Assembly: GCA_036170915.1 (NCBI GenBank)
Contig: JAVHQC010000035.1
Coordinates: forward strand, 1-64,000
Source: Cyanobacteria bacterium auto_48_18
Lineage (GTDB): Bacteria; Cyanobacteriota; Vampirovibrionia; Obscuribacterales; Obscuribacteraceae
Reading direction: 5' to 3'
DNA length: 64,000 nucleotides
The translations under genes were made by a program, and so were the position numbers. Of the stretch, positions 56,365-64,000 are shown one piece after another. A model generated the notes under the pieces. The model was given only the letters and a program-made list of their open reading frames with translations, ran no database searches and was not told the origin of the DNA. The first letter of the stretch is position 1, and every line of letters begins with the position of its first letter.

Positions 56365-57474
56365 ATGAGTGAACAACCTGACGTTTCAGCCTTTTGTCCG
56401 AAAGGAGATGTGCTTGTCATAGCCGAGCAAATCTTAGGCGATCTGCAACCAGTAACTTTAGAGTTGCTTGGTGCCGGTCGACTTCTGGCTGACAAAATGG
56501 AACGTAATTTGAAGTGTCTGGTGCTTGGCTACAATCTGGGTGATATTCCGCAGAAGTTAATCGAAGCTGGCGCCGACGAAGTATTTGTTGCTGACGACAA
56601 AGAACTTTTTTCTTACCGTACTTTGCCCTATAGAAGGGTTGTCGTCGACTTCTTAGAGTCGCTGCCTGAGCCGCCTCACACATGTCTTTTAGGTTCGACC
56701 ACTACCGGGCGTGATCTGGCTCCAAGAATCTCTGCGCACTTCGAGACTGGTCTGACAGCCGATTGCACTGAGCTTGATATCGGCCCTTACGAGCACAAAA
56801 GTAAAGTCGACCCCACTAAAATTGGTCTCTATCCCAATTGTCTTTATGCCATTCGTCCAAGCTTTGGTGAAAGTTTAAAGGCAAGAATTCTTGGGCCCTG
56901 GAAAAATCCTCAAATGGCCACAACCAGGCCAGGGGTGATGACGCCGAACAAATATGAGCCCGGCCGTAGCGGCAAAGTTACGCCTGTTCCAGTTAAATTG
57001 CTACCAGATGACTATCGTTTGATTATTGCCGACACTGTGCGCGAAGTAGCCAAAGGCATCAAGCTGACTGAAGCCGATGTCATCATTGGTGGTGGCTATG
57101 GTTTAGGCAGTGCCGACGGTTTTGATTTGCTCAGACAACTGGCCGACGTCTTTGAAAATTCAGCTATTGGTGCTTCACGCAAAGTAGTTGACCTTGGCTG
57201 GATTCCTTACCAACACCAGGTTGGTCAAACCGGCAAAACAGTGCGACCAAAACTTTATATCGCTTGCGGAATTTCAGGGGCCATTCAACACCGCGTAGGT
57301 ATGTCGAAATCAGGATTGATTATTGCCATCAATAAAGATCCCGATTCTCCGATTTTCAAATTTGCTCATCACGGTATCGTCGGTGACATCTATCAGATCA
57401 TTCCTGAAATGATCAAACAGTTCGCGGAAATTCAGTCAGGACGGGGGGTCGAGGCAGTTGTCGGAACGCATTGA
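56365..57474 (+). CDS. etfA: Electron transfer flavoprotein alpha subunit (FixB-like)
   Basis: GRDLAPR, GLTADCT, RPSFG, PQMAT.RPG, QVGQTGKTVRP.LYIACGISGAIQH. Confidence 0.95.
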   Translation: MSEQPDVSAFCPKGDVLVIAEQILGDLQPVTLELLGAGRLLADKMERNLKCLVLGYNLGDIPQKLIEAGADEVFVADDKELFSYRTLPYRRVVVDFLESLPEPPHTCLLGSTTTGRDLAPRISAHFETGLTADCTELDIGPYEHKSKVDPTKIGLYPNCLYAIRPSFGESLKARILGPWKNPQMATTRPGVMTPNKYEPGRSGKVTPVPVKLLPDDYRLIIADTVREVAKGIKLTEADVIIGGGYGLGSADGFDLLRQLADVFENSAIGASRKVVDLGWIPYQHQVGQTGKTVRPKLYIACGISGAIQHRVGMSKSGLIIAINKDPDSPIFKFAHHGIVGDIYQIIPEMIKQFAEIQSGRGVEAVVGTH

Positions 57475-59176
57475 GTATGACCTACTTTTGGTCGGTGGTA
57501 GCCCATCAAACCTTACACTGGCATATCGTTTTCTTGAATTAGCCAAGGAAAGCGGTAAAGAATTTACTATTGCTATTCTTGAGAAAAGCAAAGACTTCGG
57601 TGCGCACATCTTAAGTGGTGCCGTCACTAATCCGCATGTGATTGAAAAAGTCTGGCCCAACTATAAAGAGATGGGTTTCCCTATTGAAGCTACTTGCACT
57701 GAGTCTAACTTTTCAGTGCTTGGAACAGAAAAGAAATGGGACATTCCTTCCAGCCTTTATCCAAAATCATTCGATAAAAAAGGCTATCTGGTTCTGACTT
57801 TGAGCTATGTAGTTAATTGGATGGCCAATCAACTACAAGAAAAAGCGAAAGAAGTTCCAAACGTCACCATCGATCTTTTCACAGGCTTTGCCGCTCACTC
57901 AGTAGTGTTTGAAGACGGCCGAGTGGTAGGCGTTTCTGTTACTGAAGAAGCCAAAACTGAAGAAGATTATGTCTACGGCAAGTTCACTTGTTTTGGCGAT
58001 AAAGGCTTCATTTCACGCGACGTTATTGATCATTTCAAGCTGCGTGATAATCCACAGATTTGGTCGGTGGGCGTCAAAGAAGTATGGCAATTGAACGAAA
58101 GTGCTGAAGGCAAAGTCTGGCACACTCTCGGTTGGCCACTTTTAGAAGGCACATTCGGCGGCGGATTTGTCTACGGTATGAAAGACAATAAACTGACTGT
58201 GGGTATGGTTATCAGCCTGGATAGCCAGGATCCGAACATGAACCCGCAGCAGAAATTGCAAGAGTACAAAAAACATCCATTTATTCAGAAACTAATTAAT
58301 GGCGGCAAGCTCTTGAAATATGGTGCTGCGCTATTACCTGAAGGCGGCTATTACAGCTTGCCGAAGAAATTCTACGTGCCTGGCGCTATCCTACTCGGGG
58401 ACGCTCTGGGAGTACTCGACGTCAAATATCTGGCCGGCATCGATCGGGCCATGGAATGCGGTTATGTGGGCGCTAAAGTTTTGCATGATGCATTAGTAGC
58501 CGGAGACACTTCTGAAGCTGCCCTGGCTCCGTATCAAAAAGAACTTGAAGATGGTTTCGTCATCAAAGAGTCGTACAAAAATCGTTATTTCCGCTGGGCA
58601 TTTATCGAAAATCCCAAGTTGCTCGGGCGCTATCTGCCTGATATGGCCAAGAGTATCGACAAAACCAATGCCTGGGTTGGCATGTTGAAAGTCGGATTTA
58701 AAAACCCTCTTGGTGCCACCAAGGACGGTGTGCGCTCACTATCATTGATTGAAGGCAAAATTGATATTGGCCCAATCAAATACGTGGAAGACTACAAGCA
58801 TATTATTCCAGCCTGGGTGCCGCCTAAATACGACGAGCCGCCTAATTTTGATAAGGCCACAATCTACTCGAGAGTAGACGCTGTTTTCTATGCTTCGACT
58901 AAGTATCACGAAGGCAATAACCACATTGATGAATTCAATGCCAATACCTGCGTGCGTTGCATCAGCACATATGAAGCCCTGGGAAAAACTACTCCTTGCG
59001 TAGCCGACTGCACGGCCGAAGTGCACAGAATTGATATTATCGACGATGTGCGCAAACACGGCATGTCGCTCGAAAACTGCGTACACTGCCGCACTTGCGA
59101 AATAGTTTGCCCTGAAGTCAATCTACGTGTTAAACCGAGTGCGCAAGGAAGCGGACCAGATTTCCTCGGTCTCTAA
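57458..59176 (+). CDS. ETF:quinone oxidoreductase (FixC-like) with fused 8-Cys ferredoxin (FixX-like)
   Basis: GAHILSGA, GVKEVW, GGGFVY, PEGGYY, GDA. C-terminal CVRC...CVADC...CVHCRTCEIVCP...GSGP. Confidence 0.88.
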   Translation: MSERIEYDLLLVGGSPSNLTLAYRFLELAKESGKEFTIAILEKSKDFGAHILSGAVTNPHVIEKVWPNYKEMGFPIEATCTESNFSVLGTEKKWDIPSSLYPKSFDKKGYLVLTLSYVVNWMANQLQEKAKEVPNVTIDLFTGFAAHSVVFEDGRVVGVSVTEEAKTEEDYVYGKFTCFGDKGFISRDVIDHFKLRDNPQIWSVGVKEVWQLNESAEGKVWHTLGWPLLEGTFGGGFVYGMKDNKLTVGMVISLDSQDPNMNPQQKLQEYKKHPFIQKLINGGKLLKYGAALLPEGGYYSLPKKFYVPGAILLGDALGVLDVKYLAGIDRAMECGYVGAKVLHDALVAGDTSEAALAPYQKELEDGFVIKESYKNRYFRWAFIENPKLLGRYLPDMAKSIDKTNAWVGMLKVGFKNPLGATKDGVRSLSLIEGKIDIGPIKYVEDYKHIIPAWVPPKYDEPPNFDKATIYSRVDAVFYASTKYHEGNNHIDEFNANTCVRCISTYEALGKTTPCVADCTAEVHRIDIIDDVRKHGMSLENCVHCRTCEIVCPEVNLRVKPSAQGSGPDFLGL

Positions 59177-59194
59177 CTTCTAATTGAAAGACAA

Positions 59195-59611
59195 TTATTC
59201 TTCCGGTTTCTCGGGAAGCACCACAGGGTTGCTATCTGGCTTAACCGCTGAGCTTGCCTCTGTTTGAATGCCGTAGTTGACCTCCACTCCTGGTGCCCGT
59301 TTGCCTTTGAGTGGGGGAAAATATTTAACAATCTTGTCGCCGCGACCGGCTCCAAATAGCAATCCTAGTGCAAACCACCCGGCCTGCCGTAGAGTGGTAA
59401 AACGATCAGGTACGTTAGACGCTGTAAACAAGTCACCGCCCATGAGAATAGCCGTCACCAGCGCCAAAGCACTACTGGCAACGATGGCCATGCGAATGGT
59501 CAAACCGGGCTTACCAAAATAGAGAATAAGAAGGCCGGTGACAAAGCCGGCTGCTGAAAGGCTGGCGTAGAATAACTTGATTGCGAAGATTGCAGATTCT
59601 GGTTCTGACAT
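59195..59611 (-). CDS. Hypothetical membrane protein
   Basis: Three hydrophobic segments. Confidence 0.55.
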   Translation of the reverse strand: MSEPESAIFAIKLFYASLSAAGFVTGLLILYFGKPGLTIRMAIVASSALALVTAILMGGDLFTASNVPDRFTTLRQAGWFALGLLFGAGRGDKIVKYFPPLKGKRAPGVEVNYGIQTEASSAVKPDSNPVVLPEKPEE

Positions 59612-59676
59612 AAGTTCAAAGTTACCACAGTGAGATTCTGGCAGGGTGCTTCTTTGTACCCAGAGTTCAGAGCAGT

Positions 59677-60267
59677 TTAGTTCTTCTGGGCAATAGCTTC
59701 GGCCAATAACTGAGTAAATTGTCCAACCCAGGTCTCAACATTTTCAAAATTTTTGCCGTAGTCGAAAACAACATTCTTAGAGCGCGGGCGGCTCAGGACT
59801 TTAACTTTCCAGTTATTCTCAGCCAGCGGAGTTAGCTCCACTTCCATTTCTTCACCGCTCGATCGCCAGCTCGGGCCACTAGCCGCTCTCGTAATCATAT
59901 GCTCAACATCATCAGAAACGCGCGTTACGTACGGCACCACAAGCAGTGCCTGACGGGCGGCATGCAAAACTTGCTTGCCCGTGCCAACAACATCAAGCTC
60001 GCGCATTTGCTCAAGCTCCCAAATTTGTCTATAACGCCCTTTGCTCAAAAAGACATGAGCACTTAAGTCTAAGGGCAAGAGCACTGCCACCATAAAGACA
60101 GCAAAGATACCACCAATGGTGAGCCCTGCCATCAGACCATAACGAAAGGCATTGGGTTTATCGGTATTGGTGAGAACAAAAATCATAATCAACAAACCAA
60201 TGCCGCCGCCGAACCCCAAAGAGCTCACCAACATGGCACGAAAAACCCTGAGTAAATACCTGGCCAT
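59677..60267 (-). CDS. Hypothetical membrane protein with C-terminal soluble domain
   Basis: Two TM helices, then SWRSSGE...SRP....FDYGKNFENV domain. Confidence 0.65.
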   Translation of the reverse strand: MARYLLRVFRAMLVSSLGFGGGIGLLIMIFVLTNTDKPNAFRYGLMAGLTIGGIFAVFMVAVLLPLDLSAHVFLSKGRYRQIWELEQMRELDVVGTGKQVLHAARQALLVVPYVTRVSDDVEHMITRAASGPSWRSSGEEMEVELTPLAENNWKVKVLSRPRSKNVVFDYGKNFENVETWVGQFTQLLAEAIAQKN

Positions 60268-60270
60268 TGA

Positions 60271-60402
60271 TTATTGATCTTCTACTTCCGAGTCAGGCAC
60301 AACAGCATCTTGGCGCAAATACCAGCGAATAAAGCGGTAGATGATATAGCCTGGTGGCACCACCGCACTGAAGAACATGATTTTGTCCAACCAGTGCAGC
60401 AT
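60271..60402 (-). CDS. Possible 43-aa single-TM protein
   Basis: MLHWLDKIMFFSAVVPPGYIIYRFIRW... fills the gap between two co-oriented genes with 3-4 nt spacers. Confidence 0.4.
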   Translation of the reverse strand: MLHWLDKIMFFSAVVPPGYIIYRFIRWYLRQDAVVPDSEVEDQ

Positions 60403-60406
60403 ACCT

Positions 60407-60982
60407 TTATTCTTCTTCCGACAAAGCACAACTATCCTCCTCATCTGACAGTTTAAGACCGCCCTCAGCCGTGATGTCTTGCACATCTACCATCTCCGGC
60501 TCTAGCTCTTCTACGTGAATATCAATGTTCAATTTGTCGGCTGACAATGTGCTCAGCACTTCTTGCATCAGGTCTGCACCAACGTCGTCAATCAAATCTT
60601 GCTCCGCTTGTGCAGCTTGTTCAGCGTTAAGCTTCCCTGCTGCGGCCGCCAGTCGCGCTTGTAGTCTGTCGTTTTGCGTGCGCTTCGGATAAAGTCTTGC
60701 TCTACATTTAGTGCAAAAGCAGTAACTGTTTTCACCCAGATGACCAAAGTCACCAATTTTGAAACCGATAGGAAGATAGGCTTTAGTAGACACTAGACGT
60801 CTGTCGAGACCCTTCAGCTTGCGTTGATAAATGCGTACATACTCGTGCCGGCAGGCTGGTACGAGAGGTATATCAGGTGCTACCGGCACTTCAGGCGCTA
60901 CAGGCTTTTCAGACGGCACAAGCGCTTCAACAGGCTCGGCTGAATTAATTTGAGTATCTGGATTTTGTGGTTCTTCTTGCAT
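60407..60982 (-). CDS. Hypothetical protein with putative Zn-binding motif and acidic tail
   Basis: CRHEY ... YCFCTKC basic core with D/E-rich C-terminus. Confidence 0.6.
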   Translation of the reverse strand: MQEEPQNPDTQINSAEPVEALVPSEKPVAPEVPVAPDIPLVPACRHEYVRIYQRKLKGLDRRLVSTKAYLPIGFKIGDFGHLGENSYCFCTKCRARLYPKRTQNDRLQARLAAAAGKLNAEQAAQAEQDLIDDVGADLMQEVLSTLSADKLNIDIHVEELEPEMVDVQDITAEGGLKLSDEEDSCALSEEE

Positions 60983-61028
60983 ACTGATTTTTTTCGTTTG
61001 AGTTCGGGCTAGCTAACTAGTGATTGGA

Positions 61029-62594
61029 CTAATGCTGTTTTGTAACGGGAAACTCCTGCAGCATTTTGCCCTTCCAGTAAATGATAACGGCAAGTTGATG
61101 GTCATCTTTGACAATGTTTGGACATGAGAAATAAAGAGTGCGTTCAGCACCAGCAGCAAAAGGCATAGATGCTGATGATGCCACTGGTAATGCCACGGAT
61201 CCGTTGTTGCGACGTTTGGTGCGGTCGAAAAACACAGCCGTTAGTTGCAAGTCAGTGACAGGCTGACCGCTGACGTTCTTTATCTTGATCTCGCCTTCAG
61301 GAGTTAAGCTGCCTTTGGCTAACCAATTATGTGATGAAACCACTGAAATAGGCGAGGCGCCTGGGTTCCACACATCGGTCTTCACTTCGGCTTTGACTTC
61401 ATCTTTCTTTTGCTCTTTAATCAGCATTGTCAGTTGCTCAGCTACCCGTTCAGCGTGACCCTTTACCGACATTGCTTCTTGCGTTTTATTTTCTTTGGCC
61501 AGAAGAGCGCTCCAGGTGTTGAGAGTGCTCAACAGTTGCTTTAAGAGCGAAATAGAAGCTTCGGGTTTCAGCGAAACCGCCTCTTCAAGTGAACGGACCG
61601 CGCCGGGATAATTTTGCAATTTCAAATTGAGAGTAGCTAAGAGTTCATAATTGTCAAAACTTTTTTCTTTATCAACCAGCTCAGTAAGAGCTTCCTGAGC
61701 CCCCTCAAGATCTTTTTTAGCCAGCAATAGTTCTATTAATCGGTGCCGCGCTTCCAGGTTGTTGGCATCTTGCTGGCAAACTATTTTATAGTTTTGAATC
61801 GCCTTGGTTGTGTCTTTTTTATGACTGTATAAGCCAGCCAGGGCAATACGGGTGCTTGGCTCGTCGCTCACCGTCAGGCTTTTCTCCAGCATACTGATGG
61901 CCTGATCTTCGTCTTTATCACGAGTTTCGGCCAGGGCCGCCAATTGCCGATATGATTCTGCCAGTTGATGAGGCACTTGAGACTTTAGTGGCTCCTCCAG
62001 ACTATCTTTATATTGCCAGGCCTTGCTTAAATGCGTGACGGCGCTATCAATGGCTCCGGCAGCCAAGTTTGCTTCAGACCAGCGTAAATACATGCGCGCC
62101 CGGCTATTGGAAAGCTCCGCTGGTTTTACCACTTGCAGCGCAGAATTATAAAGACGCTCTGCTTCTTCATAATGATTGTGATTTTGATAATAAGTGGAAT
62201 AGCTGTCTACCACTGGCGCCAGATTGACATCCTGACAGCGCACTCTAAAAGCGGTGTCGAGGGCGGTGCGGCCTTCGGCAAAACGGTCAGTGGCCAAATA
62301 GGCCTGGGCAAGCCAGGGATAAACCCCCACGTTTGCCGGATCTTTGCGCACCAGATCTTCCAATAAAGGCACAGCCGTAGCGGCTTTGTTCGTACGCACC
62401 ATGGCAGCGGCCTTCCCAAGCGGTGTCTCTTTCGGCGTAAAGACAATGTAACCAATCGCAAGCAGAGCGCAAACAATCAAACTAATTACAACAAATGGAA
62501 CACCCTTGCCTGCTTTAGGAGCACGAGGCCGCCCGTCGGCATCCACTTCGTTAGAAGGGGAAGAATCGCTCTTAGTGCCGTCTTTGCCTGACAT
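61029..62594 (-). CDS. Membrane-anchored TPR protein with C-terminal beta (Ig-like) domain
   Basis: N-terminal TM, many TPR-like helices, C-terminal IKNVSGQPV..L...AVFFD. Confidence 0.75.
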   Translation of the reverse strand: MSGKDGTKSDSSPSNEVDADGRPRAPKAGKGVPFVVISLIVCALLAIGYIVFTPKETPLGKAAAMVRTNKAATAVPLLEDLVRKDPANVGVYPWLAQAYLATDRFAEGRTALDTAFRVRCQDVNLAPVVDSYSTYYQNHNHYEEAERLYNSALQVVKPAELSNSRARMYLRWSEANLAAGAIDSAVTHLSKAWQYKDSLEEPLKSQVPHQLAESYRQLAALAETRDKDEDQAISMLEKSLTVSDEPSTRIALAGLYSHKKDTTKAIQNYKIVCQQDANNLEARHRLIELLLAKKDLEGAQEALTELVDKEKSFDNYELLATLNLKLQNYPGAVRSLEEAVSLKPEASISLLKQLLSTLNTWSALLAKENKTQEAMSVKGHAERVAEQLTMLIKEQKKDEVKAEVKTDVWNPGASPISVVSSHNWLAKGSLTPEGEIKIKNVSGQPVTDLQLTAVFFDRTKRRNNGSVALPVASSASMPFAAGAERTLYFSCPNIVKDDHQLAVIIYWKGKMLQEFPVTKQH

Positions 62595-62683
62595 TTACTT
62601 TCTGTTGATTTCCTTTGATTACACATTTGTCTTCGACAAACTAGACATGCGTAGTGGTATCAGAAGCTATAATAACGTTCAGT

Positions 62684-63577
62684 ATGACGCAGGATATTAA
62701 GCTCACGCCCACTTGTTCATTCGTTGACATCGTCCCACGATCTCAGCCTCTGACTCAAGGAGATAATCATGTAATTACCGCTCGCACCTGGGGCTCGTCC
62801 TCAGATTGCCGGGCGGCAGTATTGCTCGTGCACGGGCTTGGTGCCCATAGTGGATGGTTTGAGGCCCTCGCCAGACGCTTAAAGGTGAAGAGAATCTTCT
62901 CTCTTGCCTACGACCATGTTGGACATGGCAAGCGCGCCACTCAAGTCTTAATGATGAAGCAGCAATGGCTCAATGATTTAAAAGAAGCCTATGAATATTT
63001 GCGCGAGACTGTTGGCGACCGGCCAATCTTTGTCATGGGAAACAGCATGGGAGCTGTGGTTGCCCTCAAGGCTTTGCAAGAAATCACCCCCTCAGGGCTG
63101 GTGATGTTTTCGCCAGGTTTTGACGGCCATCCAGAAATGTTCAAACTTTCCTACCGCCTCAGAGCGATGAGCACAGCACTAATTAGCCCAGACAAATTGC
63201 TCACCCTTCCATACACGACTGATCAAATTACACGTGAGCCGCAAGTGCGCAACTGGCTTGCCAATGATCCAGATCGCAAATTTGAGCTCAGCGCCCGTAT
63301 GCTTTTAGAGCTGCTCAAGCTTACTCAAGACACAAAGTCTTCCACTCGGCGCAAATTGCCTTGCCCCATATATATGTTTACTTCTGGCCACGAAACAATC
63401 GTCAATAATCTGGTCAGCGAAGCTATCTTTGAAAGACTGAGTGCACCAAGCAAGCGCAAGCACTCTTTCCCTGAAGCCTGGCACGATTTGATGTTCGATC
63501 CGGTGCTTGATGAGCTTGTACAGCTCTTGCTTACATGGATTGACGAAGTTTCAAAAGAGCAGCTGTCAGTTTCTTAG
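62684..63577 (+). CDS. Alpha/beta hydrolase (lysophospholipase-like)
   Basis: LVHGLGAHS, DHVGHG, GNSMG, AWHDL. Next to an acyl-CoA ligase. Confidence 0.85.
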   Translation: MTQDIKLTPTCSFVDIVPRSQPLTQGDNHVITARTWGSSSDCRAAVLLVHGLGAHSGWFEALARRLKVKRIFSLAYDHVGHGKRATQVLMMKQQWLNDLKEAYEYLRETVGDRPIFVMGNSMGAVVALKALQEITPSGLVMFSPGFDGHPEMFKLSYRLRAMSTALISPDKLLTLPYTTDQITREPQVRNWLANDPDRKFELSARMLLELLKLTQDTKSSTRRKLPCPIYMFTSGHETIVNNLVSEAIFERLSAPSKRKHSFPEAWHDLMFDPVLDELVQLLLTWIDEVSKEQLSVS

Positions 63578-63635
63578 TAGTTATCTGATTCTTAGTGGCT
63601 TTCTGATTCTTAGTAGCTTTCTGATTCTTAGTAGG
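63571..63635. repeat. 18-bp tandem repeat x~3.5 starting across the stop codon
   Basis: TTCTTAGTAGTTATCTGA TTCTTAGTGGCTTTCTGA TTCTTAGTAGCTTTCTGA TTCTTAGTAGG. Confidence 0.8.
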
Positions 63636-63775
63636 TTTTTATCAAGCGCTCAGCAGTGCATAACACGGCCCAACTAGCTTCGACCACTGCTGGCTAGGCT
63701 AAGATAATTTAGGCTTCATTCAACATATTGAAAACTGGCTATAATATGGGCTGGTGGGAATCTGAGGTGCTTTAC

Positions 63776-64000
63776 ATGCTGGTGGATCGGAAGATATCCG
63801 ATAGTATTACTGATCGCAATATTGCGGCAGTATTTTTTGCTCGTGCCAAAGAACTCGATCATCTTAATTGCGTCGAATTCAAAGAGAAGAAAGAGCCATA
63901 CCGCTCTATGAACTGGCGCGAATTCAGCAAACTGGTGCAGCAAATCGCCCTGGGCCTGATGACTATCGGCCTGAAATCCGGCGAAAAAGCAGCCATTTTT
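63776..64000 (+). CDS. N-terminus of a long-chain fatty acid-CoA ligase (AMP-binding), truncated by window end
   Basis: GAGGTG RBS. MLVDRK...YRSMNWREFSKLVQQIALGLMTIGLKSGEKAAIF is typical of FadD-type N-termini. Not in the ORF track. Confidence 0.75.
   Translation, partial: MLVDRKISDSITDRNIAAVFFARAKELDHLNCVEFKEKKEPYRSMNWREFSKLVQQIALGLMTIGLKSGEKAAIF

Noticed and set aside
63716..63943. 75-aa minus-strand ORF
   Set aside because: Antisense to the recognisable acyl-CoA ligase N-terminus on the plus strand.

Overview
Gene-dense bacterial chromosomal window. I found no rRNA, tRNA, CRISPR array or transposase. The long cyanobacterial/plastid-type IspH, a cyanobacterial-style Hfq-like protein, the absence of photosynthesis genes here and many TPR/LRR/protease proteins suggest a non-photosynthetic relative of cyanobacteria (Melainabacteria/Vampirovibrionia). 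That assignment is inference. The first ~25 kb is an unusual accessory-looking region. It opens with the C-terminus of a (Gly-Pro-X)n protein missed by the ORF track. Next come two SdpA/DUF5819-like paralogues beside an HTTM-DCC fusion, three paralogous His-motif membrane proteins and two GT-C-like membrane proteins. It ends in a divergent cluster that looks like an uncharacterised lipid/amide biosynthetic system: Cys-nucleophile alpha/beta hydrolase, enolase-superfamily enzyme, GH3 amido-synthetase, three extended SDRs and an Mpo1/DUF962 protein on one arm; heme-oxygenase-like protein, LolA-like, ICMT-like and START proteins on the other. The remainder holds ppx, hemY, hemE, ispH, phhB, an HtrA protease, an orthocaspase-TPR, tdh-kbl, DUF885, a FixAB-like ETF with a FixC-FixX-like fusion, several large low-complexity proteins and one gene split by a 7-bp duplication. 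All family calls are by motif recognition; no database searches were run.
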